A program made the position numbers and the translations under genes. The notes under the pieces were generated by a model. It was given only the letters and a program-made list of their open reading frames with translations, was not told the origin of the DNA and made no database searches. DNA of 39,628 nucleotides from an uncultured archaeon (GTDB lineage Archaea > Asgardarchaeota > Thorarchaeia > Thorarchaeales > Thorarchaeaceae), in NCBI GenBank assembly GCA_964458565.1, contig CAYWJO010000031.1, positions 1 to 39,628 of the forward strand, in the 5' to 3' direction. Below are positions 27,006 through 36,944 of this stretch, one piece after another. Numbering within the stretch: position 1 is the first letter of the stretch; every line of letters begins with the position of its first letter.

Positions 27006-27428
27006 TTACTCGTGTCCAGTGACCTTCATCGTAGGTTCGAACTTGTATCCATATATGATGATTCCACCCGCACCCTGTTCCGAAATTTTACGGAAACATG
27101 CACGAACTCGCATTCCGATTTTAACATCTTCAGGATCAACATTCACGATTTGGGCTGTTAATCTAGCCCCTTCATCAAGTTCAACCTGCGCTACAACGTA
27201 AGGCATTTGTCGTTTAAATTCCTCAGGTGCCTGTCTTACTATCGCAAATGTATGAATTTTCCCTAAACCTTTGAATACATAATCGACCAGCTGACCTTTC
27301 CTTCGACATGTTGGGCAGACAGGTCTGGGGGGAAAATAGTACGTCTTACAGGTCTTGCATTGCTTCCCCTGAATATTGTAAATTGCTCTAATTCGACGCC
27401 AGACTGATGCTACTCCTCTTTCTGCCAT
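27006..27428 (-). CDS. DUF35 Zn-ribbon/OB-fold scaffold protein of the thiolase/HMG-CoA synthase complex
   Basis: CKTC...FPPR.VCP.C plus OB fold (PY.VA.VELDEG...IGMRV...FR); directly downstream of the thiolase. Confidence 0.93.
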   Translation of the reverse strand: MAERGVASVWRRIRAIYNIQGKQCKTCKTYYFPPRPVCPTCRRKGQLVDYVFKGLGKIHTFAIVRQAPEEFKRQMPYVVAQVELDEGARLTAQIVNVDPEDVKIGMRVRACFRKISEQGAGGIIIYGYKFEPTMKVTGHE

Positions 27429-27434
27429 CTTATA

Positions 27435-28598
27435 TCACCTCCCAAGAATGTGAACTATCGAGGTGGCTCCTGTACCACCAATATTCACTGCCATTCCCTT
27501 TTCAGCACCATCAACTTGACGACCTTCTGCTTCGCTGCGTAGTTGAAGAACGAGTTCAACGATTTGAGCAACACCTGTTGCACCTATCGGATGGCCTCTG
27601 GCTTTTAAGCCCCCTGAAGTGTTTACTGGGAACTTGCCGCCTATTTCAGTAATACCCTCTTCGAGAGTTTTGCCACCTTGACCCTTTTTACAAATCCCGA
27701 TATCTTCCATGATTGTAATCTCACTAATTGTAAAACTGTCATGTAGTTCAAAGACATCAATATCATTTATTGAAATTCCAGTTTCCTTTAGTGCTGATCG
27801 TGATGATGTAATAACAGAGTCCATCTTACATATATCCCGTCTATCATGGAGAGCTAGCTTATCGCTTGCTTGCTCAGATGAATTGATGTAGATCGGTGTG
27901 TCTGTGTATTCCTTAGCCTTTTCTGCTGAACACATAATCAATCCAGCTGCACCATCACTGACCGGTGATGAATGCAAGACTCGGATTGGATCTGCTATCA
28001 TCCCTGAACTCATGACAACCTCCTTTGAGACAGCTCTTTGGAATTGCGCCCAGGGATTGTGAGCTGCGTTTGCATGATTTTTCACTGCAGGTAATGCAAG
28101 ATGTTCCTCAGTGGTTCCATATTCCATCATGTGTCTTCGTGCAATGAATGCATAAAGAGCTGGAAATGTAGCACCAAACATACCTTCCCATTCCCAATCA
28201 GATGCTACTGAAATTGTGTTCATGGCTTCGGTTTGATTCACATCGCTCATTTTCTCACAACCGAGGACGAGCATTGTGTCATGTTCTCCTGATTTGATTG
28301 CCATATACGCATGACGAACAGCCGCTCCTCCACTTGCACATGCAGCTTCAACACTATATGCTGGAATATTTCCCAGACCTCCTCTGTCAGCTGCGAGTGC
28401 ACCAAGATGTTCCTGTCCTGTAAATCTGCCTGCACTCATATTGCCTATTATGAGGGCATCAATATCTGCACCACGAACTCCAGAATCGAATATTGCAACC
28501 ATACCAGCCTCAAGAGCGATATCAAGGAGGTTCTTGTCCCAAATCTCACCAAATTTACTCATTCCGACTCCTACAATGGCAACGTCTTTTTCACCCAT
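27435..28598 (-). CDS. Acetoacetyl-CoA thiolase (archaeal type)
   Basis: VEAACASG, SDGAA, ELHDSF, VNTSGGLKARGHPIGATG. Confidence 0.95.
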   Translation of the reverse strand: MGEKDVAIVGVGMSKFGEIWDKNLLDIALEAGMVAIFDSGVRGADIDALIIGNMSAGRFTGQEHLGALAADRGGLGNIPAYSVEAACASGGAAVRHAYMAIKSGEHDTMLVLGCEKMSDVNQTEAMNTISVASDWEWEGMFGATFPALYAFIARRHMMEYGTTEEHLALPAVKNHANAAHNPWAQFQRAVSKEVVMSSGMIADPIRVLHSSPVSDGAAGLIMCSAEKAKEYTDTPIYINSSEQASDKLALHDRRDICKMDSVITSSRSALKETGISINDIDVFELHDSFTISEITIMEDIGICKKGQGGKTLEEGITEIGGKFPVNTSGGLKARGHPIGATGVAQIVELVLQLRSEAEGRQVDGAEKGMAVNIGGTGATSIVHILGR

Positions 28599-28609
28599 CT
28601 AATCATCTC

Positions 28610-29653
28610 CTATCCTAGTGCCTTTATCTTTCGTCTATATTTGGCATAGACTGCATAGTCAACATACGTCTTTCTTTCGATATAATCGTCCACAGTTGGG
28701 ACTTTCCCTCTGTGGTTTTCAATTTCATCTTCAACTGTAATAGAGAATGCATCACTACCTGCGCCAGATCCATATGAAACCATGAAAATTCGTGATCCTG
28801 GTTTTGCAATATCCAGAACTCGTGCAAGTCCCATCATAGAAGAGCCTGAGTAAGTATTCCCGATATATCTCACGACAAGACTATCCTCAAGCTTCTCTTT
28901 CGGAACTCCAAGTTGTTTTCCCATATTGACTGGAAACTTACCATTGGGCATGTGGAATACAAAATAATCGTAATCATCAACTGTTGTATTTGTCTTCTTG
29001 AACAGTAGTTTCGCTCCTTCACCTACATGTCTGAAATACGCAGGTTCACCTGTAAACCGAGCACCGTGACTTGGAAAATCCTCTCCTTCTCTACGCCAGA
29101 AGTCAGGTGTGTCAGTTGTGAATGAAGTTGTAGTTTCAATTGTAGCTACAGGATTTTCCTTACCAATGATGAAAGCAGCTCCTCCAGCTGCAGCTGAATA
29201 TTCTAGAGCATCCCCAGGTCTTCCTTGTGCAGTATCAGCTCCAATTGCTAATCCTAGTTTTATCATGTTCGAATCTACAAGTCCCATGCATGCCTGAACT
29301 GCAGCAGTCCCGGCTTTACATGCAAACTCAAAATCTGCCGCTGTAATATTATATGAAGCTTCGATAGCCTCTAAAACAATTGTACCTGTTGGTTTCACAG
29401 CATATGGATGTGATTCTGAACCAACATAAATCGCTCCAATATCTAAAGGATTAATTCCACCGTGTTTAATTGCATTTCTGGCTGCTTCGACCGATATGGT
29501 CGCAACATCTTCATCTGGTCCTGGAAGTGATTTTTCAAAGACGCCCAAACCATTCGCAAGAGTTGGACCATCTTCACCCCAGACTTTAGCAATCTCTTCG
29601 GTTTTGATCCTATATCGTGGTATGTAGACTCCATAGCCTACTATTCCGACCAT
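28610..29653 (-). CDS. Hydroxymethylglutaryl-CoA synthase (archaeal)
   Basis: [40 protein letters not shown]. Confidence 0.96.
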   Translation of the reverse strand: MVGIVGYGVYIPRYRIKTEEIAKVWGEDGPTLANGLGVFEKSLPGPDEDVATISVEAARNAIKHGGINPLDIGAIYVGSESHPYAVKPTGTIVLEAIEASYNITAADFEFACKAGTAAVQACMGLVDSNMIKLGLAIGADTAQGRPGDALEYSAAAGGAAFIIGKENPVATIETTTSFTTDTPDFWRREGEDFPSHGARFTGEPAYFRHVGEGAKLLFKKTNTTVDDYDYFVFHMPNGKFPVNMGKQLGVPKEKLEDSLVVRYIGNTYSGSSMMGLARVLDIAKPGSRIFMVSYGSGAGSDAFSITVEDEIENHRGKVPTVDDYIERKTYVDYAVYAKYRRKIKALG

Positions 29654-29903
29654 CTATTTTTCTCCTCCTTAGTTAGCAAACTGTCGAATTATAATACGTC
29701 ATTATTAAACTTTCTAATTTGTAGTCTGTCTTAAGAAATTTACTGTGAGTTAGATGATCACGAACATCAGTCATCATGCGTTCATGACCACTTCGCATTT
29801 CTGTCCTAAATCGATTTCTTGGATTGCCCTATATAATAGCACCGAAAACAACTTCTATGGCTATATAATACATATAATGACTTTTTTAGCTCTAAAAGGT
29901 GCA

Positions 29904-31418
29904 TCACAATTGATTGACTTTCAATGCTGCGAGAAGTCTATCTAGCGGCTCCCTTTCAAACGAGATATTCTCTTGTATTGTCCGAGTAACTGGATAACCA
30001 ATCTCATGAGCCATCGTATCAAGTACAGACTGGATGAGTTCTAAACATACTTTACGACTTACGTCTGAAACCCCTTTGCAATGAGTTGCCATTGATTCAA
30101 ACATTGCTCTTGATGTTCCAGAGCTATATTGCGTTGCTTTTTTGGGTCGCATTGCCAACTCGGTTGGGAGTCCAAGTTTCCTTGCTAACTGTCTGAATAT
30201 TACTTTCCTTGGAATCTGTCTTGTTGAATCAATCTTGAATTTACTTGGAATGCTTAGTGAATACCGGACAAATTCTGGGTCGGTATAGGGAAAGAAGATA
30301 CGCAATCCATGATAAGCCACAGCTCTTTCATCACGCTCAAGATTGTTGTCATGAGTTAGGGAAACCTCGTGTTTCAGCTGTTCTTCTAATGCTTTCTCTC
30401 CCTTTTCTTGAAACAGCTTGAGATGTTTCGCATAACCTGCAAACAACTCATCTGGTCCTTGCCCAGAAATCACCATTAGATAGTCCAACTCAGATGCAGT
30501 CTTAGCAGAAATGAAGAACGGCAGAGCTATTTCAATTTGCATTCGATCACTCGATTCAATAGCATAAATCAGCTCTGGAATTGTCTGCCAGATTAAATCC
30601 TCATTAATTGGTGTCACTATAAGTGGTAATCCTAGAAGTTTAGCTGAATTAATTACTACATCATCATCATGGGATTTCTCAGCAAAAGCAGAAAATAAGA
30701 CGGTGTCTTCACAAAATCTACTTGTCAGCAGCGCAGCTAGTGAGCTATCTACACCTCCTGAAAAAAGAATTCCGCATTTTGAGATTCCTGCTATCCTCTT
30801 GAATGAATTCAGCAAGATTGTTTCAAGTGTTGCTAATTGGGTGTTCTCATCATGTTGTGTTTCAGGAAGGATTTCAGGTAAGTGTGACTTGATTATAGCT
30901 CCATCTTTAGAATTCCAGATGATGTGTTCGCCAGGTTCAAGTTTCTCTGGATTCTTCTGAAGAGATCTATAGAAACCTTTTTTCTCAGTGCAAAATGCAA
31001 ACATTGTTTCATCCATAACATAGTGCACTGGAAGCGCTCCATCCTTGGAGCGATACAGGTGGATTTCATTATTTTTCCAAAATAGGATAACATATCCTAT
31101 GACATTGAGCGTTGTGTCAAGATATTCAGTAAGAACCTCAACTGGTTTTCCTTTCATTTTTTTCAGAATTCTATCCCAATGTTCATCACTCAGATAGAAT
31201 GTATCTATCAGAACGAAAGACTGATCTATTTCTATCAATCTACAATCTTGATTTTTTCCGAGCATAATACTCAAACTAAATTGATATGTCGAGTCTGATG
31301 GTGTAAAGCAGTTGAACAGGTTCTTTTCGAATCCACGATTTGATATTGATTCTCTTAGTTGGGAGAATACTGATTTGTGTCTATTACTCTTGCTTAAGAG
31401 ACCTACAATACCCGTCAT
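29904..31418 (-). CDS. Asparagine synthetase B-like protein (Ntn domain + adenylation domain), N-terminal Cys absent
   Basis: FSGGVDSS PP-loop, SGQGPDELFAGY, NLERD, KKATQYSSG; N-terminus MTGIVG instead of MCGI. Confidence 0.85.
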   Translation of the reverse strand: MTGIVGLLSKSNRHKSVFSQLRESISNRGFEKNLFNCFTPSDSTYQFSLSIMLGKNQDCRLIEIDQSFVLIDTFYLSDEHWDRILKKMKGKPVEVLTEYLDTTLNVIGYVILFWKNNEIHLYRSKDGALPVHYVMDETMFAFCTEKKGFYRSLQKNPEKLEPGEHIIWNSKDGAIIKSHLPEILPETQHDENTQLATLETILLNSFKRIAGISKCGILFSGGVDSSLAALLTSRFCEDTVLFSAFAEKSHDDDVVINSAKLLGLPLIVTPINEDLIWQTIPELIYAIESSDRMQIEIALPFFISAKTASELDYLMVISGQGPDELFAGYAKHLKLFQEKGEKALEEQLKHEVSLTHDNNLERDERAVAYHGLRIFFPYTDPEFVRYSLSIPSKFKIDSTRQIPRKVIFRQLARKLGLPTELAMRPKKATQYSSGTSRAMFESMATHCKGVSDVSRKVCLELIQSVLDTMAHEIGYPVTRTIQENISFEREPLDRLLAALKVNQL

Positions 31419-31509
31419 GAGTTAAATATACACTCCGAGGGGTTCATTTTTTCTGATTCAGAAGGTATGGTATCTTTGTAAGAATATTCTTGCTTTCATA
31501 TCCTATTTC

Positions 31510-31929
31510 CTAACCAGAAACTGGCACTTGGTTTAATACAACCTTCCTCACACCAGACATTTCATTAAGCCGATTCTTGATTTGGTCTACTTTTTTAGTA
31601 AGCTGCTGCGGGGTGAAATAACATTCATAGAAGCATCGATCAGTGGACTGACATATACCACTTGTAAAGAGAATGTCTTCAAGACCCGATTCTTCAAATA
31701 TAGTAGTCAGTTCTTCTAAAAAGCTCTTACTGAGTTTTTCAATTTCTAATCTCAGATAATAAACCACCTCCGAATCAACTGGGTAGAGCTTCACGTTTCG
31801 GTCTTTCAATACCATGATTGCAAGACCATAGGGTTGCCCAATACCCCTAACAAAATCAATTGGTAATGTTATCGCATTACCCTCTGTTATTTTCAAGACT
31901 TTTGCATTTGTCATGTCCGCATCTGTCAT
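31510..31929 (-). CDS. Small AbrB-like + ACT-like regulatory protein (tentative)
   Basis: GGAGGT SD before ATG 31929; KITEGNAITLP (AbrB-like) N-terminus; C-terminal ferredoxin-like pattern ending L..MSGV.KV. The longer ORF-track start overlaps the upstream gene. Confidence 0.55.
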   Translation of the reverse strand: MTDADMTNAKVLKITEGNAITLPIDFVRGIGQPYGLAIMVLKDRNVKLYPVDSEVVYYLRLEIEKLSKSFLEELTTIFEESGLEDILFTSGICQSTDRCFYECYFTPQQLTKKVDQIKNRLNEMSGVRKVVLNQVPVSG

Positions 31930-32011
31930 GTGATTTACCTCCGGACTATATAGAATACGGAAAGAGTCGGCTGGATTATAATTCTTGTGGGAGGGACTTG
32001 AATTAGGATAC

Positions 32012-33643
32012 TCAGTCACCAGACTTGAGAATTCCTCCCATTTTCCGCCTGAGCTTCGAGAAAAAGCTGGACTTAGTACACCAATCATCTGATTTTTGTT
32101 GATGCACTTTCCCTCGTTTGTCAAGGGCAAGCAGGTTCCAATTTGATTTCTCCCTTTTGATAAATTCGAGTAGTGCCATTCCATTCTCTTCTCGAATTAT
32201 TGACATTGATTGTAATTGTCCATGTAATCGAGCTTTTTGACTAACAGGGATATTTGATGTAGCTTTATCAAAGAGGGTAGGGTGCAAATCAAAAATGTAC
32301 GCTCGCGTATTCATGTATTCAAGCACGCCCTCCTCCAGTGTTTTACTAATGTTTTCTGGAGATGTATAAAATGATGCGGCAACAGAAATGTTAGGATATT
32401 TCTCTGGTAATTTTAAAGCGAATCTAAAGGACCTCTTGAACTTGGAAAGATGGGTTGCTGAATCGAGGAATATAACAGTTTTTGGTTTTCCTTCATATTC
32501 TCCTTCTAACAATTCAGCTAGAACCGTTTCCTTCTCATGTCCTTCCATAATCCTTTGAATCAGTTTATCTGTGACCGGAGGCAAATCGGATTCTTCAATT
32601 TCATCATAGCTTAAGTCTATATCATCCCAATCATAATTATCAACAACACCCGTATCTGAGGTACTTCGTGGATCTCTTCTGCGTCTTCTATGCGGTGGAA
32701 CATATCCTATCTCCTCAACGAGGTATTGTAAAGCCAGAGGTAGAAAAAGGTCATAGAGTGTATCTCGAGTTTCCAATAATAGAAGCACTCCTCTTTTCTT
32801 CTTTATTGCCTCAATTATTTGCCCACTTTCATTTTCTGTAATGTCAAAGAATCCTCTCAAATTTTCTTCACTAAATTTGTCTTCCACTCTTTGTTTCCAT
32901 TCATCATAGACTTCTTTGACTTCTTGCTTTCTTCTATCCATGAGAATAGACATGAATTTACCTAGATATCGGACACCTTTTGATACCGCAGTCGCTGGAT
33001 TTACCAAAGATGCCATTATTCCCGCTGCTTCCCCAGCAATTTCGCTTGTGTGTCCTTCTCGCACTTTACCTAGAACTTCTTCAGTAAGAGAGGGCGGTCC
33101 CATTTTGTTAACCAAAACTTCATGCATAGATTTCAAATCATTAAAAGCTGCATCTCCAGGGCCAATGTCTTCCCCAATTGGGGATGCATCTGAGAGGACC
33201 TCAGCGAAAATATTTGGTCTTTTAACCAACCATGAAAGAGGAATCTTTAGAGCGGGGTATCTATGCAGCCATGCTCTTTCAGATGTCTTAGGACCAAAAT
33301 AGAATTTCGCGGAATACGGAAAAATACTATCGTATAATGTGATATACGAATCAAATCCCTCTTCATTGCTGAGCTTTAGATCTCCTGTCTGTAAGGTGTC
33401 AACCACAAAAACAATAGCTGAATCTACCAAGTTTGATTTTTCAGCTACAGCTAGAAGTGCTTGTTTAGGACCTAAATAAAATTCATTACTATCATAGTAT
33501 GGACCATCATAAAATGCAAACAACCCGATTTTATTCCACGATTTCTTCAAGCCTATTTCAATTAACTTACTGAATCCAGTATATCCTCTAACGTATCTTT
33601 CAGGCGTTTTTACATTCTTTAAATTCTGCACCATCAACACCAT
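32012..33643 (-). CDS. Hypothetical protein, possibly a degenerate HerA/FtsK-like P-loop fold
   Basis: 543-aa ORF; VFVVDT..GD, TVIFLDSATHL and EKY.NISVA...TSP.NIS...LEYMNT.AYIF.L follow HerA-type motif order; no Walker A found. Confidence 0.5.
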   Translation of the reverse strand: MVLMVQNLKNVKTPERYVRGYTGFSKLIEIGLKKSWNKIGLFAFYDGPYYDSNEFYLGPKQALLAVAEKSNLVDSAIVFVVDTLQTGDLKLSNEEGFDSYITLYDSIFPYSAKFYFGPKTSERAWLHRYPALKIPLSWLVKRPNIFAEVLSDASPIGEDIGPGDAAFNDLKSMHEVLVNKMGPPSLTEEVLGKVREGHTSEIAGEAAGIMASLVNPATAVSKGVRYLGKFMSILMDRRKQEVKEVYDEWKQRVEDKFSEENLRGFFDITENESGQIIEAIKKKRGVLLLLETRDTLYDLFLPLALQYLVEEIGYVPPHRRRRRDPRSTSDTGVVDNYDWDDIDLSYDEIEESDLPPVTDKLIQRIMEGHEKETVLAELLEGEYEGKPKTVIFLDSATHLSKFKRSFRFALKLPEKYPNISVAASFYTSPENISKTLEEGVLEYMNTRAYIFDLHPTLFDKATSNIPVSQKARLHGQLQSMSIIREENGMALLEFIKREKSNWNLLALDKRGKVHQQKSDDWCTKSSFFSKLRRKMGGILKSGD

Positions 33644-33698
33644 AAATAGGTGATATAGGTTTCAGATGCAGGCGGAATATGATAAAGCTATTGCATCA

Positions 33699-34907
33699 TT
33701 AATCCAATCGAAGAGCTATGACTCCAAGAACTACCGCTACAATGAATATGATGATTATCAGTCCATAGCGCCAATCGAACATAGGTTCGCCAATATTATT
33801 GGGATCCTCTTCTGCCATAAATGTCTGAACGTTGCCAAACATATCTAATGCTTCCATGGCGAGGGCTGCATATTCAAGAGAACCGTCTTCTTGTTCTGGC
33901 ACGAATCCCCAAGCACCGTCCACAGCTTGAGAATCAAGAATAAACTCAGTTACAGTTGAATTTACTTCATCCAGTCGATTTGTTAGTTCTAGAACTCGGA
34001 GTGCATAGTAAGTTGAAACGATATTTGGATCAGCTGTCTGATTCGCTTCTTCAAAGCCTCCTGCAAATATAGAATCATCCTCAATTTGTCTACCGAGAAT
34101 CCAATTACTGATGGCATTAATTCCGCTGACGGTCTCTCCTAGCATTCCAAGTGTTAACACTGCGGCGGCAGTGGGAGTAACACCTACACCCTGAGAGGCT
34201 GGTGATAGCTTGAAGGCGTCACCAACTCGACAGCTTTGAATCCAACTTATAACGGCAGATTTGTTGAAGAAATCTGTAACTGTGACTGGATAACCTCTGT
34301 CTGATTCAATTTGTGCCAAACTATAGATTGTGTAAATAGCTTGATACGTAGACATCATTTCCGGAGAAGTACCTTCTTGAGGTCCGAAACCACCACTCGC
34401 TGCTTGAGCTTTGCTAGCATAGAAGATAGTACGTGTCCCGTTGATTTCAACATCATCCATGTTGAGTGGAGGATTTGAACTTGTTTCATGTCCCCAGAGA
34501 ATCTCATACAATTTTACCGCCATGAATGTGCTTTCAATATCCGGAATTCCGGATATGAATCTTGAAAATCCACCAAAACGAGAATCATCCTCAGAAAGGG
34601 GAGGTTTCCATTGCAGTTTCCATGTGAAATTCTTTACTATTGCCATATTAATGATAGGTGGTCGATATGCAAGATATCCAAGATAGTCCAATGATGTGAC
34701 AGCACCGTATGTTGCTTCAACTCTCTTTGATTCACCATTAACAAGGACATATCCGCTCTCAGTAACACCTTCATCGTAGCGTTCGTCAATGTATGCCTTA
34801 AGTGACTGTTGCCGTGTAGTTGGATTGGCGGATGCTGGTTGAATGGCGATTGATATAGTAACTAATGCTAGTATAACGAAAAGAGTAGCAGCTTTTACAT
34901 TCTTCAT
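33699..34907 (-). CDS. Secreted, membrane-anchored prenyltransferase/squalene-oxidase-repeat (alpha-alpha toroid) protein
   Basis: Signal peptide; repeated Q...GGF.......T..A...L units (GGFSR, GGFGP, GGFEE, GAWG); C-terminal TM helix. Confidence 0.8.
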   Translation of the reverse strand: MKNVKAATLFVILALVTISIAIQPASANPTTRQQSLKAYIDERYDEGVTESGYVLVNGESKRVEATYGAVTSLDYLGYLAYRPPIINMAIVKNFTWKLQWKPPLSEDDSRFGGFSRFISGIPDIESTFMAVKLYEILWGHETSSNPPLNMDDVEINGTRTIFYASKAQAASGGFGPQEGTSPEMMSTYQAIYTIYSLAQIESDRGYPVTVTDFFNKSAVISWIQSCRVGDAFKLSPASQGVGVTPTAAAVLTLGMLGETVSGINAISNWILGRQIEDDSIFAGGFEEANQTADPNIVSTYYALRVLELTNRLDEVNSTVTEFILDSQAVDGAWGFVPEQEDGSLEYAALAMEALDMFGNVQTFMAEEDPNNIGEPMFDWRYGLIIIIFIVAVVLGVIALRLD

Positions 34908-35024
34908 GGACTCATCTCGAATTCGTTTAATATGACTCAGCGTGGATAGCTGATTGATGTGGTTCGGACTGAAAAGCCGTTATTAACGTTTCCGTCAATT
35001 TGAGAGATGTACCAATCTGATTTT

Positions 35025-35981
35025 CTATCCATATCCTCGAGCGAGACCTTTGTCGACTTTCCTCAGGTATTTATATGCAGAATCTGCGGCCACTGCACCA
35101 TGCCCGACAGCAACTACTATCTGCTTCATTCCTTCTGCGACGTCCCCTGCTGCGAATAAGCCCTCTATATTGGTTTTTTGCCCTTCATGAATGATAATCT
35201 CGCCTCTGTCATTTGTTTCAACTCCTAGACCTGCTACTAATTGACTTTCTGGGTCAGAACCTAATGCAACAAAAATTCCATCAAGCGCAAGGTCTCTTTC
35301 TTCATTAGTTTTAAGATCCTTTATTTTAACTGCTCGAATTAAATTATCTCCTTTCATTTCGGTTACTATGTGGCTCCATAAAATCTCAATATCTGAATTC
35401 AAGATGATATCTTGTACAGCTTGCTCTGCTCTTAGTTTATCTCTTCTATGAATCAGGTATACTTTCTTGCATAATTCACCAAGATACAACGCCTCTGTAA
35501 CAGCTGTATTTCCTCCACCAATGACTGCGACCGTCTTCTCTCTGAATAATGGTCCATCACAGGTGGCGCAATAAGACACACCACGACCCGTTAGGTCTTC
35601 TTCACCTGGTATTCCTAATTTTTTATGTCCTCCCCCTGCTGCATAAATCACCGCTGGTGCCTGATACACACCACGTCTTGTTTCAAGTAGAAAAATGCCA
35701 TCTTCCTTATTGTGCTTAATACTCTTGACTTCGGTAATCTCTTTGATGATTGCACCACTCATCCTGACTTGTTCCTTCATCCTGTTTGCAAGGTCGAGCC
35801 CTATGATGAATGTGAAGCCGGGATAATTCTCAATTCCAGGACTAGTTGCCTGAGCACCTCCAAGGACTCTTGATTCAAGTAGAAGGGTCTTCAATCCATA
35901 TCGTGCTGCGTAGATGGCAGAAGTCATTCCTGCAGGACCGCCACCAACAATAATCACATCCCAGTTCAAGTCTTCACTCAT
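35025..35981 (-). CDS. trxB: Thioredoxin reductase (NADPH-dependent, low Mr)
   Basis: GGGPAG, IENYPG, GVSYCATCDG, GGGNTA, HRRDKLRA, AAGD. Confidence 0.95.
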   Translation of the reverse strand: MSEDLNWDVIIVGGGPAGMTSAIYAARYGLKTLLLESRVLGGAQATSPGIENYPGFTFIIGLDLANRMKEQVRMSGAIIKEITEVKSIKHNKEDGIFLLETRRGVYQAPAVIYAAGGGHKKLGIPGEEDLTGRGVSYCATCDGPLFREKTVAVIGGGNTAVTEALYLGELCKKVYLIHRRDKLRAEQAVQDIILNSDIEILWSHIVTEMKGDNLIRAVKIKDLKTNEERDLALDGIFVALGSDPESQLVAGLGVETNDRGEIIIHEGQKTNIEGLFAAGDVAEGMKQIVVAVGHGAVAADSAYKYLRKVDKGLARGYG

Positions 35982-36020
35982 ATACAACACGTCCGGTTTT
36001 TTTTTCTTCAATACCCTTAA

Positions 36021-36887
36021 TCATTCTTTCTCCAATATCCTATCTCGAAGATACTTGAAATCCTCATCACGAATTCCATCGCGTGGTAGTAATTCAAAGC
36101 TAAGTTCTGGTTTGAGATATTCACTGACTCGTCTAAATGTAATCTCTCTAATCCTATCTCTCGAGTTATCTAGAAGGTATACTGCTTTTTTAAATCTCTC
36201 TGGATTATAGGACGCAAGTTGGCCTGGTCTCACAGCTAGAACCATGTCAACATGATCTATGCCTGACCAAGGCCATACAGTATCATTGAATGATTCAATT
36301 ATAGCTAAATCAGAGTTTTCTTCAATAGCATCGAAACAACTACTCACAGCGTGATTGAAGTGATTTTGTTCGTATACCTTAACTTCTTCCAAAGTATTTA
36401 CTTTGATTTTTTCTCCTGAGTTGACTAGAGACTTTATCGTGTTCGAATCCAAAATCAATGTTTGAGTATCTATCAAATCCTCTGCCACTAAATAGACTGA
36501 TTTGGTCTCTTTGCGATTGATCGATGTAATACGTTCAAGTGCAAAGACTGAGTCATAGTCCCCTAAAGTTAGTGAGCTGAACACAATTTGATCTGGAGCG
36601 ATGGATTTGAATGGAACATATAATCTATGCACTGGATTAGAGATCTCAACTGATAACCTAGATGAATATAGATTCCTGACTTTTCTCGCGTCATAGGAGT
36701 ATAGGCTACCCTCTTCTAGACATTTTTGAGAATGCTCAAAGTGCAACCAATAATTATGGCCACTCATAGGTTTGAAATATTCTGTATTCAAACCTGTTGA
36801 ATTAAATAATCTGGTCAATTGTTGTGATACTACTGTCTTTCCTGAATCAAATGCGTTCATTCCAACAATTAGCAATCGCTTGCTCAT
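36021..36887 (-). CDS. Archaeal predicted P-loop ATPase (COG4028-like, dethiobiotin-synthase-related fold)
   Basis: LLIVG...FDSGKT, FKP.SGHNYW, NPVHRL, IIESFND. Confidence 0.72.
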   Translation of the reverse strand: MSKRLLIVGMNAFDSGKTVVSQQLTRLFNSTGLNTEYFKPMSGHNYWLHFEHSQKCLEEGSLYSYDARKVRNLYSSRLSVEISNPVHRLYVPFKSIAPDQIVFSSLTLGDYDSVFALERITSINRKETKSVYLVAEDLIDTQTLILDSNTIKSLVNSGEKIKVNTLEEVKVYEQNHFNHAVSSCFDAIEENSDLAIIESFNDTVWPWSGIDHVDMVLAVRPGQLASYNPERFKKAVYLLDNSRDRIREITFRRVSEYLKPELSFELLPRDGIRDEDFKYLRDRILEKE

Positions 36888-36897
36888 TCAGGTCACC

Positions 36898-36929
36898 AAA
36901 AAAGAAAGAGAAAGGAGCCAAATGGCTCC
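36898..36929 (-). terminator. Hairpin plus pyrimidine tract terminator of the thermosome gene
   Basis: Minus strand GGAGCC-ATTT-GGCTCC followed by TTTCTCTTTCTTTTTT. Confidence 0.72.
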
Positions 36930-36944
36930 AGTAGTATTCTGTGA

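Noticed and set aside
31930-32184. N-terminal extension of ORF 31510..32184
   Set aside because: Overlaps the upstream gene by about 170 nt; a strong GGAGGT SD supports ATG 31929.
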